Origin: the human T2T-CHM13v2.0 reference genome, Homo sapiens
NCBI RefSeq assembly: GCF_009914755.1
Contig: NC_060937.1
DNA length: 64,000 bases
Reading direction: 5' to 3' (one strand)
Each line of letters starts with the position of its first letter. Position 1 is the first letter of the stretch. A program made the position numbers and the translations under genes. Under the pieces are notes generated by a model. That model was not told the DNA's origin, did not search any database, and saw nothing but the letters and a program-made list of their open reading frames with translations. This document shows, piece after piece, positions 53,291 through 64,000 of the stretch.

Positions 53291-56200
53291 GAAGATAATT
53301 CCTTTTTCACCGTAGGCGTCAAGGCGATCAAAATGTCCACTTCCACAAACTACAAAAAGAGTGTTTCAAACCTGCTCTATGAAAGGCCATGTTCATCTCT
53401 ATGAGTTGAATGGAAATATCCGAGAGAAATTTCTGAAAATCCTGCTGTATAGTTTTTATACGAATTCCCGCTTCCAACGAAATCCTCAAAGGAATCCAAA
53501 TATCCACTTGCAGAATCCACAAAAAGAGTGTTTCAAAACTGCTCTATCAATAGAAAGGTTCAACTCTTTTGGTTGAGTACACACATCACGAACAAGTTTC
53601 TGAGAAAGCTTCTGTCTGGCTTTTATTGGAAGACGTTTCCTTTTCACCAAAGGCATCAAAGCGTTCCAAATGTCCACTTCCAGATTCTTCCAAAAGAGTG
53701 TTTGAAAGGTGCTCAAAGTAAGGGAATGTTCAACTCTGTGACTTGAATGCAGATATCACCAAGTAGTTTCTAATAGTGCTTCTGTCTAGATTTTAGATGA
53801 TGATATTCCCGTTTCCAACGAAATCGTTAGAGCTATCCAAATATCCACTTACAGTTTCTACAAAAAGAGTGTTTCCAAACTGCTGCATCAAAAGAAAGGT
53901 TCAACTCTGTTAGTTGAAGACACACGTCACAAAGTAGTTTGTGAGAATGCTTCTGTTTAGATTTTGTATGACGATATTCCCTTTTCCAACGATATCGTTA
54001 ATGCAAACCAAATATCAATTTGCAGAATCCACAAAAATAGAGTTTCAAAGCTGCTCTGTAAAAAGAAAGTTTCCACTCTGTTAGCTGAGTACACACATCA
54101 CAAACTTGTTTCTGAGAATCCTTCTGTCTCGTTTTTCTGGGAAGATATTTACTTTTTCACCGTAGGCATCAAAGCGCTCCAAATGTCCACATCCAGATAC
54201 TCCAGAAAGAGTGTTTCAAACCTGCTCTATGAAAGGGAATGTTCAACTCTATGAGTTGAATGCAGACATCAGAAAGAAATTTCTGAGAATGCTGCTGTCT
54301 ACCTTTTATTTGAATTCACGCTTCCAACGAAATCCTCCAAGCTATCCAAATATCCACTTGCATTTTCCACAAAAAGAGTGTTTCAAAACTGCTCTATCAA
54401 TAGAAATGTTCAGCTCCTTTAGCTGGGTACACACATCACAAACAAGTTTCTGAGAATGCTTCTGTCTAGTTTTTATGGGAAGACATTCCCTTTTTCACCA
54501 AAGGCATCAAAGCGCTCCAAATGTCCACTTCCAGACACTACAAAAAGAGTGTTTCAAACGTGCTCTAAGAAAGCGAATGTTCAACTCTGTGACTTGAATG
54601 CAGATATCACAAAGTAGTTTCTGAGAGGGCTTCTGTCTAGATTTTAGATGATGATATTCCCGTTTCCAACGAAATCATTAGAGCTATCCAAATATGCACT
54701 TACAGTTTCTACAAAACGAGTGTTTCCAAACTGCTGCATCAAAAGAGAGGTTCCAATCTGTTAGCTGAGTACACACATCACAAACTTGTTTCTCAGAATC
54801 CTTCTGTCTCGTTTTTATGGGAAGATATTTACTTTTTCACCGTAGGCATCAAAGCCCTCCAAATGTCCACGTCCAGATACTCCAGAAAGAGTGTTTCAAA
54901 TCTCCTCTATGAAAGGTAGTCTTCAACTCTATGAGTTGAATGCAGACATCGAAAGAAATTTCTGAGAATGCTGCTGTCTACCTTTTATTTGAATTCCCGC
55001 TTCCAACGAAATCCTCCAAGCTATCCAAATATCCACTTGCAGATTCCACAAAAAGAGTGTTTCAAAACTGCCCTCTATCAATGGCAAAGTTCAACTCTGT
55101 TAGTTGAGGACACATATCATCAACAAGTTTCTGAGAATGCTCCTGTCTATTTTTTATGGGAAGATATTTCCTTTTTCACCGTAGGCGTCAAGGCGATCGA
55201 AATGTCCACTTCCACAAACTACAAAAAGAGTGTTTCAAACCTGCTCTATGAAAGGCCATGTTCATCTCTATGAGTTGAATGGAAATATCCGAAAGAAATT
55301 TCTGGGAATGCTGCTGTCTAGTTTTTATACGAATTCCCGCTTCCAACGAAATCCTCAAAGCAATCCAAATATCCACTTGCAGAATCCACAAAAAGAGTGT
55401 TTCAAAACTGCTCTATCAATAGAAAGGTTCAACTCTTTTAGTTGAGTACACACATCACAAACAAGTTTCTGAGAATGTTTCTGTCTGGCTTTTATTGGAA
55501 GACGTTTCCTTTTCACCAAAGGCATCAAAGCGCTCCAAATGTCCACTTCCAGATTCTTCCAAAAGAGTGTTTCAAACGTGCTCAAAGTAAGGGAATGTTC
55601 AACTCTGTGACTTGAATGCAGATATCACCAAGTAGTTTCTAATAGTGCTTCTGTCTAGATTTTAGATGATGATATTCCCGTTTCCAACGAAATCGTTAGA
55701 GCTATCCAAATATCCACTTACAGTTTCTACCAAAAGGGTGTTTCCAAACTGCTGCATCAAAAGAAAGATTCAACTCTGTTAGTTGAGGACACACATCACA
55801 AAAAAGTTTGTGAGAATGCTTCTGTCTAGATTTTGTATGACGATATTCCCTTTTCCAACGATATCGTTAAAGCAATCTAAATATCAATTTGCAGAATCCA
55901 CAAAAATAGAGTTTCAAAGCTGCTCTGTAAAAAGAAAGGTTCCAATCTTTTAGCTGAGTACACACATCACAAACTTGTTTCTGAGAATCCTTCTGTCTCG
56001 TTTTTATGGGAAGATATTTACTTTTTCACCGTAGGCATCAAAGCGCTCCAAATGTCCACATCCAGATACTCCAGAAAGAGTGTTTCAAACCTGCTCTATG
56101 AAAGTGAATCTTCAACTCTATGAGTTGAATGCAGACATCAGAAAGAAATTTCTGAGAATGCTGCTGTCTACCTTTTATTTGAATTCCCGCTTCCAACGAA

Positions 56201-59200
56201 ATCCTCCAAGCTATCCAAATATCCACTTGCGTTTTCCACAAAAAGAGTGTTTCAAAACTGCTCTATGAATAGAAACGTTCAACTCCTTTAGCTGGGTACA
56301 CACATCACAAACAAGTTTCTGAGAATGCTTCTGTCTAGTTTTTATGGGAAGACATTCCCTTTTTCACCAAAGGCATCAAAGCGCTCCAAATGTCCACTTC
56401 CAGACACTACAAAAAGAGTGTTTCCAACGTGCTCTAAGAAAGCGAATGTTCAACTCTGTGACTTGAATGCAGATATCACAAAGTAGTTTCTGAGAGGGCT
56501 TCTGTCTAGATTTTAGATGATGATATTCCCGTTTCCAACGATATCGTTAGAGCTATCCAAATATCCACTTACAGTTTCTACAAAAAGAGTGTTTCCAAAC
56601 TGCTGCATCAAAAGAGAGGTTCCACTCTGTTAGCTGAGTACACACATCACAAACTTGTTTCTCAGAATCCTTCTGTCTCGTTTTTATGGGAAGATATTTA
56701 CTTTTTCACCGTAGGCATCAAAGCGCTTCAAATGTCCACATCCAGATACTCCAGAAAGAGTGTTTCAAACCTGCTCTATGAAAGGGAATCTTCAACTCTA
56801 TGAGTTGAATGCAGACATCAGAAAGAAATTTCTGAGAATGCTGCTGTCTACATTTTATTTGAATTCCCACTTCCAACGAAATCCTCCAGGCTATCCAAAT
56901 ATCCACTTGCAGATTCAACAAAAAGAGTGTTTCAAAACTGCTCTCTATCAATGGCAAAGTTCAACTCTGTTAGTTGAGGACACATATCACCAACAAGTTT
57001 CTGAGAATGCTTCTGTCTATTTTTTATGGGAAGATATTTCCTTTTTCACCGTAGACGTCAAGGCGATCGAAATGTCCACTTCCACAAACTACAAAAAGAG
57101 TGTTTCAAACCTGCTCTATGAAAGGCAATGTTCATCTCTATGAGTTGAATGGAAATATCCGAAAGAAATTTCTGGGAATGCTGCTGTCTAGTTTTTATAC
57201 GAATTCCCGCTTCCAACGAAATCCTCAAAGCAATCCAAATATCCACTTGCAGAATCCACAAAAAGAGTGTTTTAAAACTGCTCTATCAATAGAAAGGTTC
57301 AACTCTTTTAGTTGAGTACACACATCACAAACAAGTTTCTGAGAATGCTTCTGTCTGGCTTTTGTTGGAAGAGGTTTGCTTTTCACCAAAGGCATCAAAG
57401 CGCTCCAAATGTCCACTTCCAGATTCTTCCAAAAGAGTGTTTCAAACGTGCTCAAAGTAAGGGAATGTTCAACTCCGTGACTTGAATGCAGATATCACCA
57501 AGTAGTTTCTAATAGTGCTTCTGTCTAGATTTTAGATGATGATATTCCCGTTTCCAACGAAATCGTTAGAGCTATCCAAATATCCACTTACAGTTTCTAC
57601 CAAAAGGGTGTTTCCAAACTGCTGCATCAAAAGAAAGGTTCAACTCTGTTAGTTGAGGACACACATCACAAAGAAGTTTGTGAGAATGCTTCTGTCTAGA
57701 TTTTGTATGACCATATTCTCTTTTCCAACGATATCGTTAAAGCAATCTAAATATCAATTTGCAGAATCCACAAAAATAGAGTTTCAAAGCTGCTCTGTAA
57801 AAAGAAAGGTTCCACTCTGTTAGCTGAGTACACACATCACAAACTTGTTTCTGAGAATCCTTCTGTCTCGATTTTATGGGAAGATATTTACTTTTTCACC
57901 GTAGGCATCAAAGCGCTCAAAATGTCCACATCCAGATACTCCAGAAAGAGTGTTTCAAACCTGCTCTATGAAAGGGAATCTTCAACTCTATGAGTTGAAT
58001 GCAGACATCAGAAAGAAATTTCTGAGAATGCTGCTGTCTACCTTTTATTTGAATTCCCGCTTCCAACGAAATCCTCCAAGCTATCCAAATATCCACTGGC
58101 ATTTTCCACAAAAAGAGTGTTTCATAACTGCTCTGTCAATAGAAATGTTCAACTCCTTTAGCTGGGTACACACATCACAAACAAGTTTCTGAGAATGCTT
58201 CTGTCTAGTTTTTATGGGAAGACATTCCCTTTTTCACCAAAGGCATCAAAGCGCTCCAAATGTCCACTTCCAGACACTACAAAAAGAGTGTTTCAAACGT
58301 GCTCTAAGAAAGCGAATGTTCAACTCTGTGACTTGAATGCAGATATCACAAAGTAGTTTCTGAGAGGGCTTCTGTCTAGATTTTAGATGATGATATTCCC
58401 GTTTCCAACGAAATCATTAGAGCTATCCAAATATCCACTTACAGTTTCTACAAAAAGAGTGTTTCGAAACTGCTGCATCAAAAGAGATTTCCACTCTGTT
58501 AGCTGAGTACACACATCACAAACTTGTTTCTCAGAATCCTTCTGTCTCGTTTTTATGGGAAGATATTTACTTTTTCACCGTAGGCATCAAAGCGCTCCAA
58601 ATGTCCACATCCAGATACTACAGAAAGAGTATTTCAAACCTGCTCTATGAAAGGGAATGTTCAACTCTATGAGTTGAATGCAGACATCAGAAAGAAATTT
58701 CTGAGAATGCTGCTGTCTACCTTTTATTTGAATTCCCGCTTCCAACGAAATCCTCCAAGCTATCCAAATATCCACTTGCATTTTCCACAAAAAGAGTGTT
58801 TCAAAACTGCTCTATCAATAGAAATGTTCAACTCCTTTAGCTGGGTACACACATCACAAACAAGTTTCTGAGAATGCTTCTGTCTAGTTTTTATGGGAAG
58901 ACATTCCCTTTTTCACCAAAGGCATCAAAGCGCTCCAAATGTCCACTTCCAGACACTAGAAAAAGAGTGTTTCAAACGTGCTCTAAGAAAGCGAATGTTC
59001 AACTCTGTGACTTGAATGCAGATATCACAAAGTAGTTTCTGAGAGGGCTTCTGTCTAGATTTTAGATGATGATATTCCCGTTTCCAACGAAATCATTAGA
59101 GCTATCCAAATATCCACTTACAGTTTCTACAAAAAGAGTGTTTCCAAACTGCTGCATCAAAAGAGAGGTTCCACTCTGTTAGCTGAGTACACACATCACA

Positions 59201-62200
59201 AACTTGTTTCTCAGAATCCTTCTGTCTCGTTTTTATGGGAAGATATTTACTTTTTCACCGTAGGTATCAAAGCGCTCCAAATGTCCACGTCCAGATACTC
59301 CAGAAAGCGTGTTTCAAACCTCCACTATGAAAGGGAATCTTCAACTCTATGAGTTGAATGCAGACATCAGAAAGAAATTTCTGAGAATGCTGCTGTCTAC
59401 CTTTTATTTGAATTCCCGCTTCCAACGAAATCCTCCAAGCTATCCAAATATCCACTTGCAGATTCCACAAAAAGAGTGTTTCAAAACTGCCCTCTATCAA
59501 TGGCAAAGTTCAACTCTGTTAGTTGAGGACACATATCACCAACAACTTTCTGAGAATGCTTCTGTCTATTTTTTATGGGAAGATATTTCCTTTTTCACCG
59601 TATGCATCGAGGCGATCGAAATGTCCACTTCCACAAACTACAAAAAGAGTGTTTCAAACCTGCTCTATGAAAGGCCATGTTCATCTCTATGAGTTGAATG
59701 GAAATATCCGAAAGAAATTTCTGGGAATGCTGCTGTCTAGTTTTTATACGAATTCCCGCTTCCAACGAAATCCTCAAAGCAATCCAAATATCCACTTGCA
59801 GAATCCACAAAAAGAGTGTTTCAAAACTGCACTATCAATAGAAAGGTTCAACACTTTTAGTTGAGTACACACATCACGAACAAGTTTCTGAGAATGCTTC
59901 TGTCTGGCTTTTATTGGAAGACGTTTCCTTTTCACCAAAGGCATCAAAGCGCTCCAAATGTCCACTTCCAGATTCTTCCAAAAGAGTGTTTCAAACGTGC
60001 TCAAAGTAAGGGAATGTTCAAATCTGTGACTTGAATGCAGATATCACCAAGTAGTTTCTAATAGTGCTTCTGTCTAGATTTTAGATGATGATATTCCCGT
60101 TTCCAACGAAATCGTTAGAGCTATCCAAATATCCACTTACAGTTTCTACCAAAAGGGTGTTTCCAAACTGCTGCATCAAAAGAAAGGTTCAACTCTGTTA
60201 GTTGAGGACACACATCACAAAGAAGTTTGTGAGAATGCTTCTGTGTAGATTTTGTATGACGATATTCCCTTTTCCAACGATATCGTTAAAGCAATCTAAA
60301 TATCAATTTGCAGAATCCACAAAAATAGAGTTTCAAAGCTACTCTGTAAAAAGAAAGGTTCCACTCTGTTAGCTGAGTACACACATCACAAACTTGTTTC
60401 TGAGAATCCTTCCGTCTCGTTTTTATGGGAAGATATTTACTTTTTCACCGTAGGCATCAAAGCGCTCCAAATGTCCACATCCAGATACTCCAGAAAGAGT
60501 GTTTCAAACCTGCTCTATGAAAGGGAATCTTCAACTCTATGAGTTGAATGCAGACATCAGAAAGAAATTTCTGAGAATGCTGCTGTCTACCTTTTATTTG
60601 AATTCCCGCTTCCAACGAAATCCTCCAAGCTATCCAAATACCCACTTGCATTTTCCACAAAAAGAGGGTTTCAAAACTGCTCTCTATCAATGGCAAAGTT
60701 CAACTCCTTTAGCTGGGTACACACATCACAAACAAGTTTCTGAGAATGATTCTGTCTAGTTTTTATGGGAAGACATTCCCTTTTTCACCAAAGGCATCAA
60801 AGCGCTCCAAATGTCCACTTCCAGACACTACAAAAAGGGTGTTTCAAACGTGCTCTAAGAAAGCGAATGTTCAACTCTGTGACTTGAATGCAGATATCAC
60901 AAAGTAGTTTCTGAGAGGGCTTCTGTCTAGATTTTAGATGATGATATTCCCGTTTCCAACGAAATCATTAGAGCTATCCAAATATCCACTTACAGTTTCT
61001 ACAAAAAGAGTGTTTCCAAACTGCTGCATCAAAAGAGAGGTTCCACTCTGTTAGCTGAGTACACACATCACAAACTTGTTTCTGAGAATCCTTCTGTCTC
61101 GTTTTTATGGGAAGATATTTACTTTTTCACCGTAGGCATCAAAGCGCTTCAAATGTCCACATCCAGATACTCCAGAAAGAGTGTTTCAAACCTGCTCTAT
61201 GAAAGGGAATCTTCAACTCTATGAGTTGAATGCAGACATCAGAAAGAAATTTCTGAGAATGCTGCTGTCTACCTTTTATTTGAATTCCCGCTTCCAACGA
61301 AATCCTCCAAGCTATCCAAATATCCACTTGCAGATTCCACAAAAAGAGTGTTTCAAAACTGCTCTCTATCAATGGCAAAGTTCAACTCTGTTAGTTGAGG
61401 ACACATATCACCAACAAGTTTCTGAGAATGCTTCTGTCTATTTTTTATGGGAAGATATTTCCTTTTTCACCGTAGGCGTCAAGGCGATCGAAATGTCCAC
61501 TTCCACAAACTACAAAAAGAGTGTTTCAAACCTGCTCTATGAAAGGCAATGTTCATCTCTATGAGTTGAATGGAAATATCCGAAAGAAATTTCTGGGAAT
61601 GCTGCTGTCTAGTTTTTATACGAATTCCCGCTTCCAACGAAATCCTCAAAGCAATCCAAATATCCACTTGCAGAATCCACAAAAAGAGTGTTTCAAAACT
61701 GCTCTATCAATAGAAAGGTTCAACTCTTTTAGTTGAGTACACACATCACGAACAAGTTTCTGAGAATGCTTCTGTCTGGCTTTTATTGGAAGACGTTTCC
61801 TTTTCACCAAAGGCATCAAAGCGCTCCAAATGTCCACTTCCAGATTCTTCCAAAAGAGTGTTTGAAACGTGCTCAAAGTAAGGGAATGTTCAACTCTGTG
61901 ACTTGAATGCAGATATCACCAAGTAGTTTCTAATAGTGTTTCTGTCTAGATTTTAGATGATGATATTCCCGTTTCCAACGAAATCGTTAGAGCTATCCAA
62001 ATATCCAGTTACAGTTTCTACCAAAAGGGTGTTTCCAAACTGCTGCATCAAAAGAAAGGTTCAACTCTGTTAGTTGAGGACACACATCACAAAGATGTTT
62101 GTGAGAATGCTTCTGTCTAGATTTTGTATGACGATATTCCCTTTTCCAACGATATTGTTAAAGCAATCTAAATATCAATTTGCAGAATCCACAAAAATAG

Positions 62201-64000
62201 AGTTTCCAAGCTGCTCTGTAAAAAGAAAGGTTCCACTCTGTTAGCTGAGTACACACATCACAAACTTGTTTCTGAGAATCCTTCTGTGTCGTTTTTATGG
62301 GAACATATTTACTTTTTCACCGTAAGCATCAAAGCGCTCCAAATGTCCACATCCAGATACTCCAGAAAGAGTGTTTCAAACCTGCTCTATGAAAGGGAAT
62401 CTTCAACTCTATGAGTTGAATGCAGACATCAGAAAGAAATTTCTGAGAATGCTGCTGTCTACCTTTTATTTGAATTCCCGCTTCCAACGAAATCCTCCAA
62501 GCTATCCAAATATCCACTTGCATTTTCCACAAAAAGAGTGTATCAAAACTGCTCTATCAACAGAAATGTTCAACTCCTTTAGCTGGGTACACACATCACA
62601 AACAAGTTTCTGAGAATGCTTCTGTCTAGTTTTTATGGGAAGACATTCCCTTTTTCACCAAAGGCATCAAAGCGCTCCAAATGTCCACTTCCAGACACTA
62701 CAAAAAGAGTGTTTCCAACGTGCTCTAAGAAAGCGAATGTTCAACTCTGTGACTTGAATGCAGATATCACAAAGTAGTTTCTGAGAGGGCTTCTGTCTAG
62801 ATTTTAGATGATGATATTCCCGTTTCCAACGAAATCATTAGAGCTATCCAAATATCCACTTACAGTTTCTACAAAAAGAGTATTTCCAAACTGCTGCATC
62901 AAAAGAGAGGTTCCACTCTGTTAGCTGAGTACACACATCACAAACTTGTTTCTGAGAATCCTTCTGTCTCGTTTTTATGGGAAGATATTTACTTTTTCAC
63001 CATAGGCATCAAAGCGCTCCAAATGTCCACGTCCAGATACTCCAGAAAGAGTGTTTCAAACCTCCTCTATGAAAGGGAATCTTCAACTCTATGAGTTGAA
63101 TGCAGACATCAGAAAGAAATTTCTGAGAATGCTGCTGTCTACCTTTTATTTGTATTCCCGCTTCCAACGAAATCCTCCAAGCTATCCAAATATCCACTTG
63201 CAGATTCCACAAAAAGAGTGTTTCAAAACTGCCCTCTATCAATGGCAAAGTTCAACTCTGTTAGTTGAGGACACATATCACCAACAAGTTTCTGAGAATG
63301 CTTCTGTCTATTTTTTATGGGAAGATATTTCCTTTTTCACCGTATGCGTCAAGGCGATCGAAATGTCCACTTCCACAAACTACAAAAAGAGTGTTTCAAA
63401 CCTGCTCTATGAAAGGCCATGTTCATCTCTATGAGTTGAATGGAAATATCCGAAAGAAATTTCTGGGAATGCTGCTGTCTAGTTTTTATACGAATTCCCG
63501 CTTCCAACGAAATCCTCAAAGCAATCCAAATATCCACTTGCAGAATCCACAAAAAGAGTGTTTCAAAACTGCTCTATCAATAGAAAGGTTCAACTCTTTT
63601 AGTTGAGTACACACATCACGAACATGTTTCTGAGAATGCTTCTGTCTGGCTTTTATTGGAAGACGTTTCCTTTTCACCAAAGGCATCAAAGCGCTCCAAA
63701 TGTCCACTTCCAGATTCTTCCAAAAGAGTGTTTCAAACGTGCTCAAAGTAAGGGAATGTTCAACTCTGTGACTTGAATGCAGATATCACCAAGTAGTTTC
63801 TAATAGTGCTTCTGTCTAGATTTTAGATGATGATATTCCCGTTTCCAACGAAATCGTTAGAGCTATCCAAATATCCACTTACAGTTTCTACCAAAAGGGT
63901 GTTTCCAAACTGCTGCATCAAAAGAAAGGTTCAACTCTGTTAGTTGAGGACACACATCACAAAGAAGTTTGTGAGAATGCTTCTGTCTAGATTTTGTATG
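53291..64000 (-). repeat. More diverged domain of canonical 11-mer HORs with one extra 4-mer
   Basis: Block starts are 52980(7), 54169(4), 54849(7), 56038(4), 56718(7), 57908(4), 58587(4), 59267(7), 60457(4), 61139(7), 62329(4), 63009(7, partial). There are no adjacent 7-7 blocks. Each unit has many private substitutions and several 1-bp indels occur. Confidence 0.9.
57908..59266 (-). repeat. Two tandem 4-monomer blocks (free 4-mer HOR variant)
   Basis: 4-block markers occur twice in succession, in blocks starting at 57908 and 58587 (679 and 680 bp). Confidence 0.9.

Larger units (their letters stand above)
1..64000 (-). repeat. Alpha-satellite higher-order repeat array, SF2 dimeric type, probably D13Z1/D21Z1 (S2C13/21H1)
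   Basis: Continuous ~170-171-bp monomers with alphoid motifs (ttctgagaatgcttctgtct, aaagagtgtttcaaa, gttcaactctgt). CENP-B boxes lie in roughly alternate monomers. Identical ORFs recur at 1190/680/1870-bp periods. EcoRI sites at 774, 1114, 1964, 2304, 3154 and 3834 give 340, 850 and 680-bp pieces. The minus strand reads GAATTCAAATAAAAGGTAGACAGCAGCATTCTCAG, which I recall as the chr13/21 alphaRI(680)/alpha21-I sequence. The alpha-satellite call is near-certain; the chromosome assignment is less so. Confidence 0.98.

Noticed and set aside
631-63746. Hundreds of 62-127 aa ORFs on both strands (MFQTCSMKG..., MPLIESSF..., MWILQVD..., MSTFQTL...)
   Set aside because: They are translations of the satellite that recur with the HOR period and overlap on opposite strands. 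They have no recognisable domains and are freely broken by stops and frameshifts (e.g. 8172, 34758, 53291).
1-64000. CRISPR-like or other repeat-spacer array
   Set aside because: There are no unique spacers; the sequence between the conserved motifs is itself repeated monomer. No cas-like ORFs are present.
1-64000. Transposon insertion (L1/Alu), inversion or unique island
   Set aside because: Block lengths account for every base from 631 to the end. I saw no poly-A tail, non-alphoid segment or strand switch.
1-64000. Assignment to D8Z2 (also SF2 with 4/7/11-mer variants), or a firm chr13 versus chr21 call
   Set aside because: The monomer sequence and the EcoRI 340/680/850 pattern match my recollection of the 13/21 family better, and no 8-mers occur. 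Separating 13 from 21 needs alignment to reference assemblies.
1-64000. Locating the active kinetochore site (centromere dip region) in this window
   Set aside because: It is defined by CpG hypomethylation and CENP-A enrichment, which cannot be read from sequence.

Overview
The whole 64 kb is primate (almost certainly human) centromeric alpha satellite. It consists of ~171-bp monomers in one head-to-tail orientation, with CENP-B boxes reading on the minus strand, organised as higher-order repeats (HORs). Only two building blocks occur: a 1190-bp 7-monomer block and a 680-bp 4-monomer block, which together give the 1870-bp 11-mer with 5 CENP-B boxes and EcoRI pieces of 340/850/680 bp. This fits the SF2 chr13/chr21 array D13Z1/D21Z1. 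That assignment is from memory of the family, not a database search; the many 7-mers lean towards chr13. I saw no genes, transposons or inversions, and all listed ORFs are repeat artefacts. I found no new gene system; the interest lies in the array architecture. (1) A near-homogeneous, 7-mer-rich domain (1 to ~53.3 kb) switches abruptly, inside one HOR, to a more diverged 11-mer domain. (2) Free 7-mers and 11-mers carry different linked SNPs. (3) A second, independent 7-mer has a breakpoint mappable to 28 bp. (4) Duplications are nested at ~3.06 kb, ~3.7-4.4 kb and ~32-36 kb scales. (5) There are short conversion patches and a cluster of dead CENP-B boxes near the boundary. Block coordinates use an arbitrary phase taken from the ORF track (anchor 631). 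All comparisons were done by eye.
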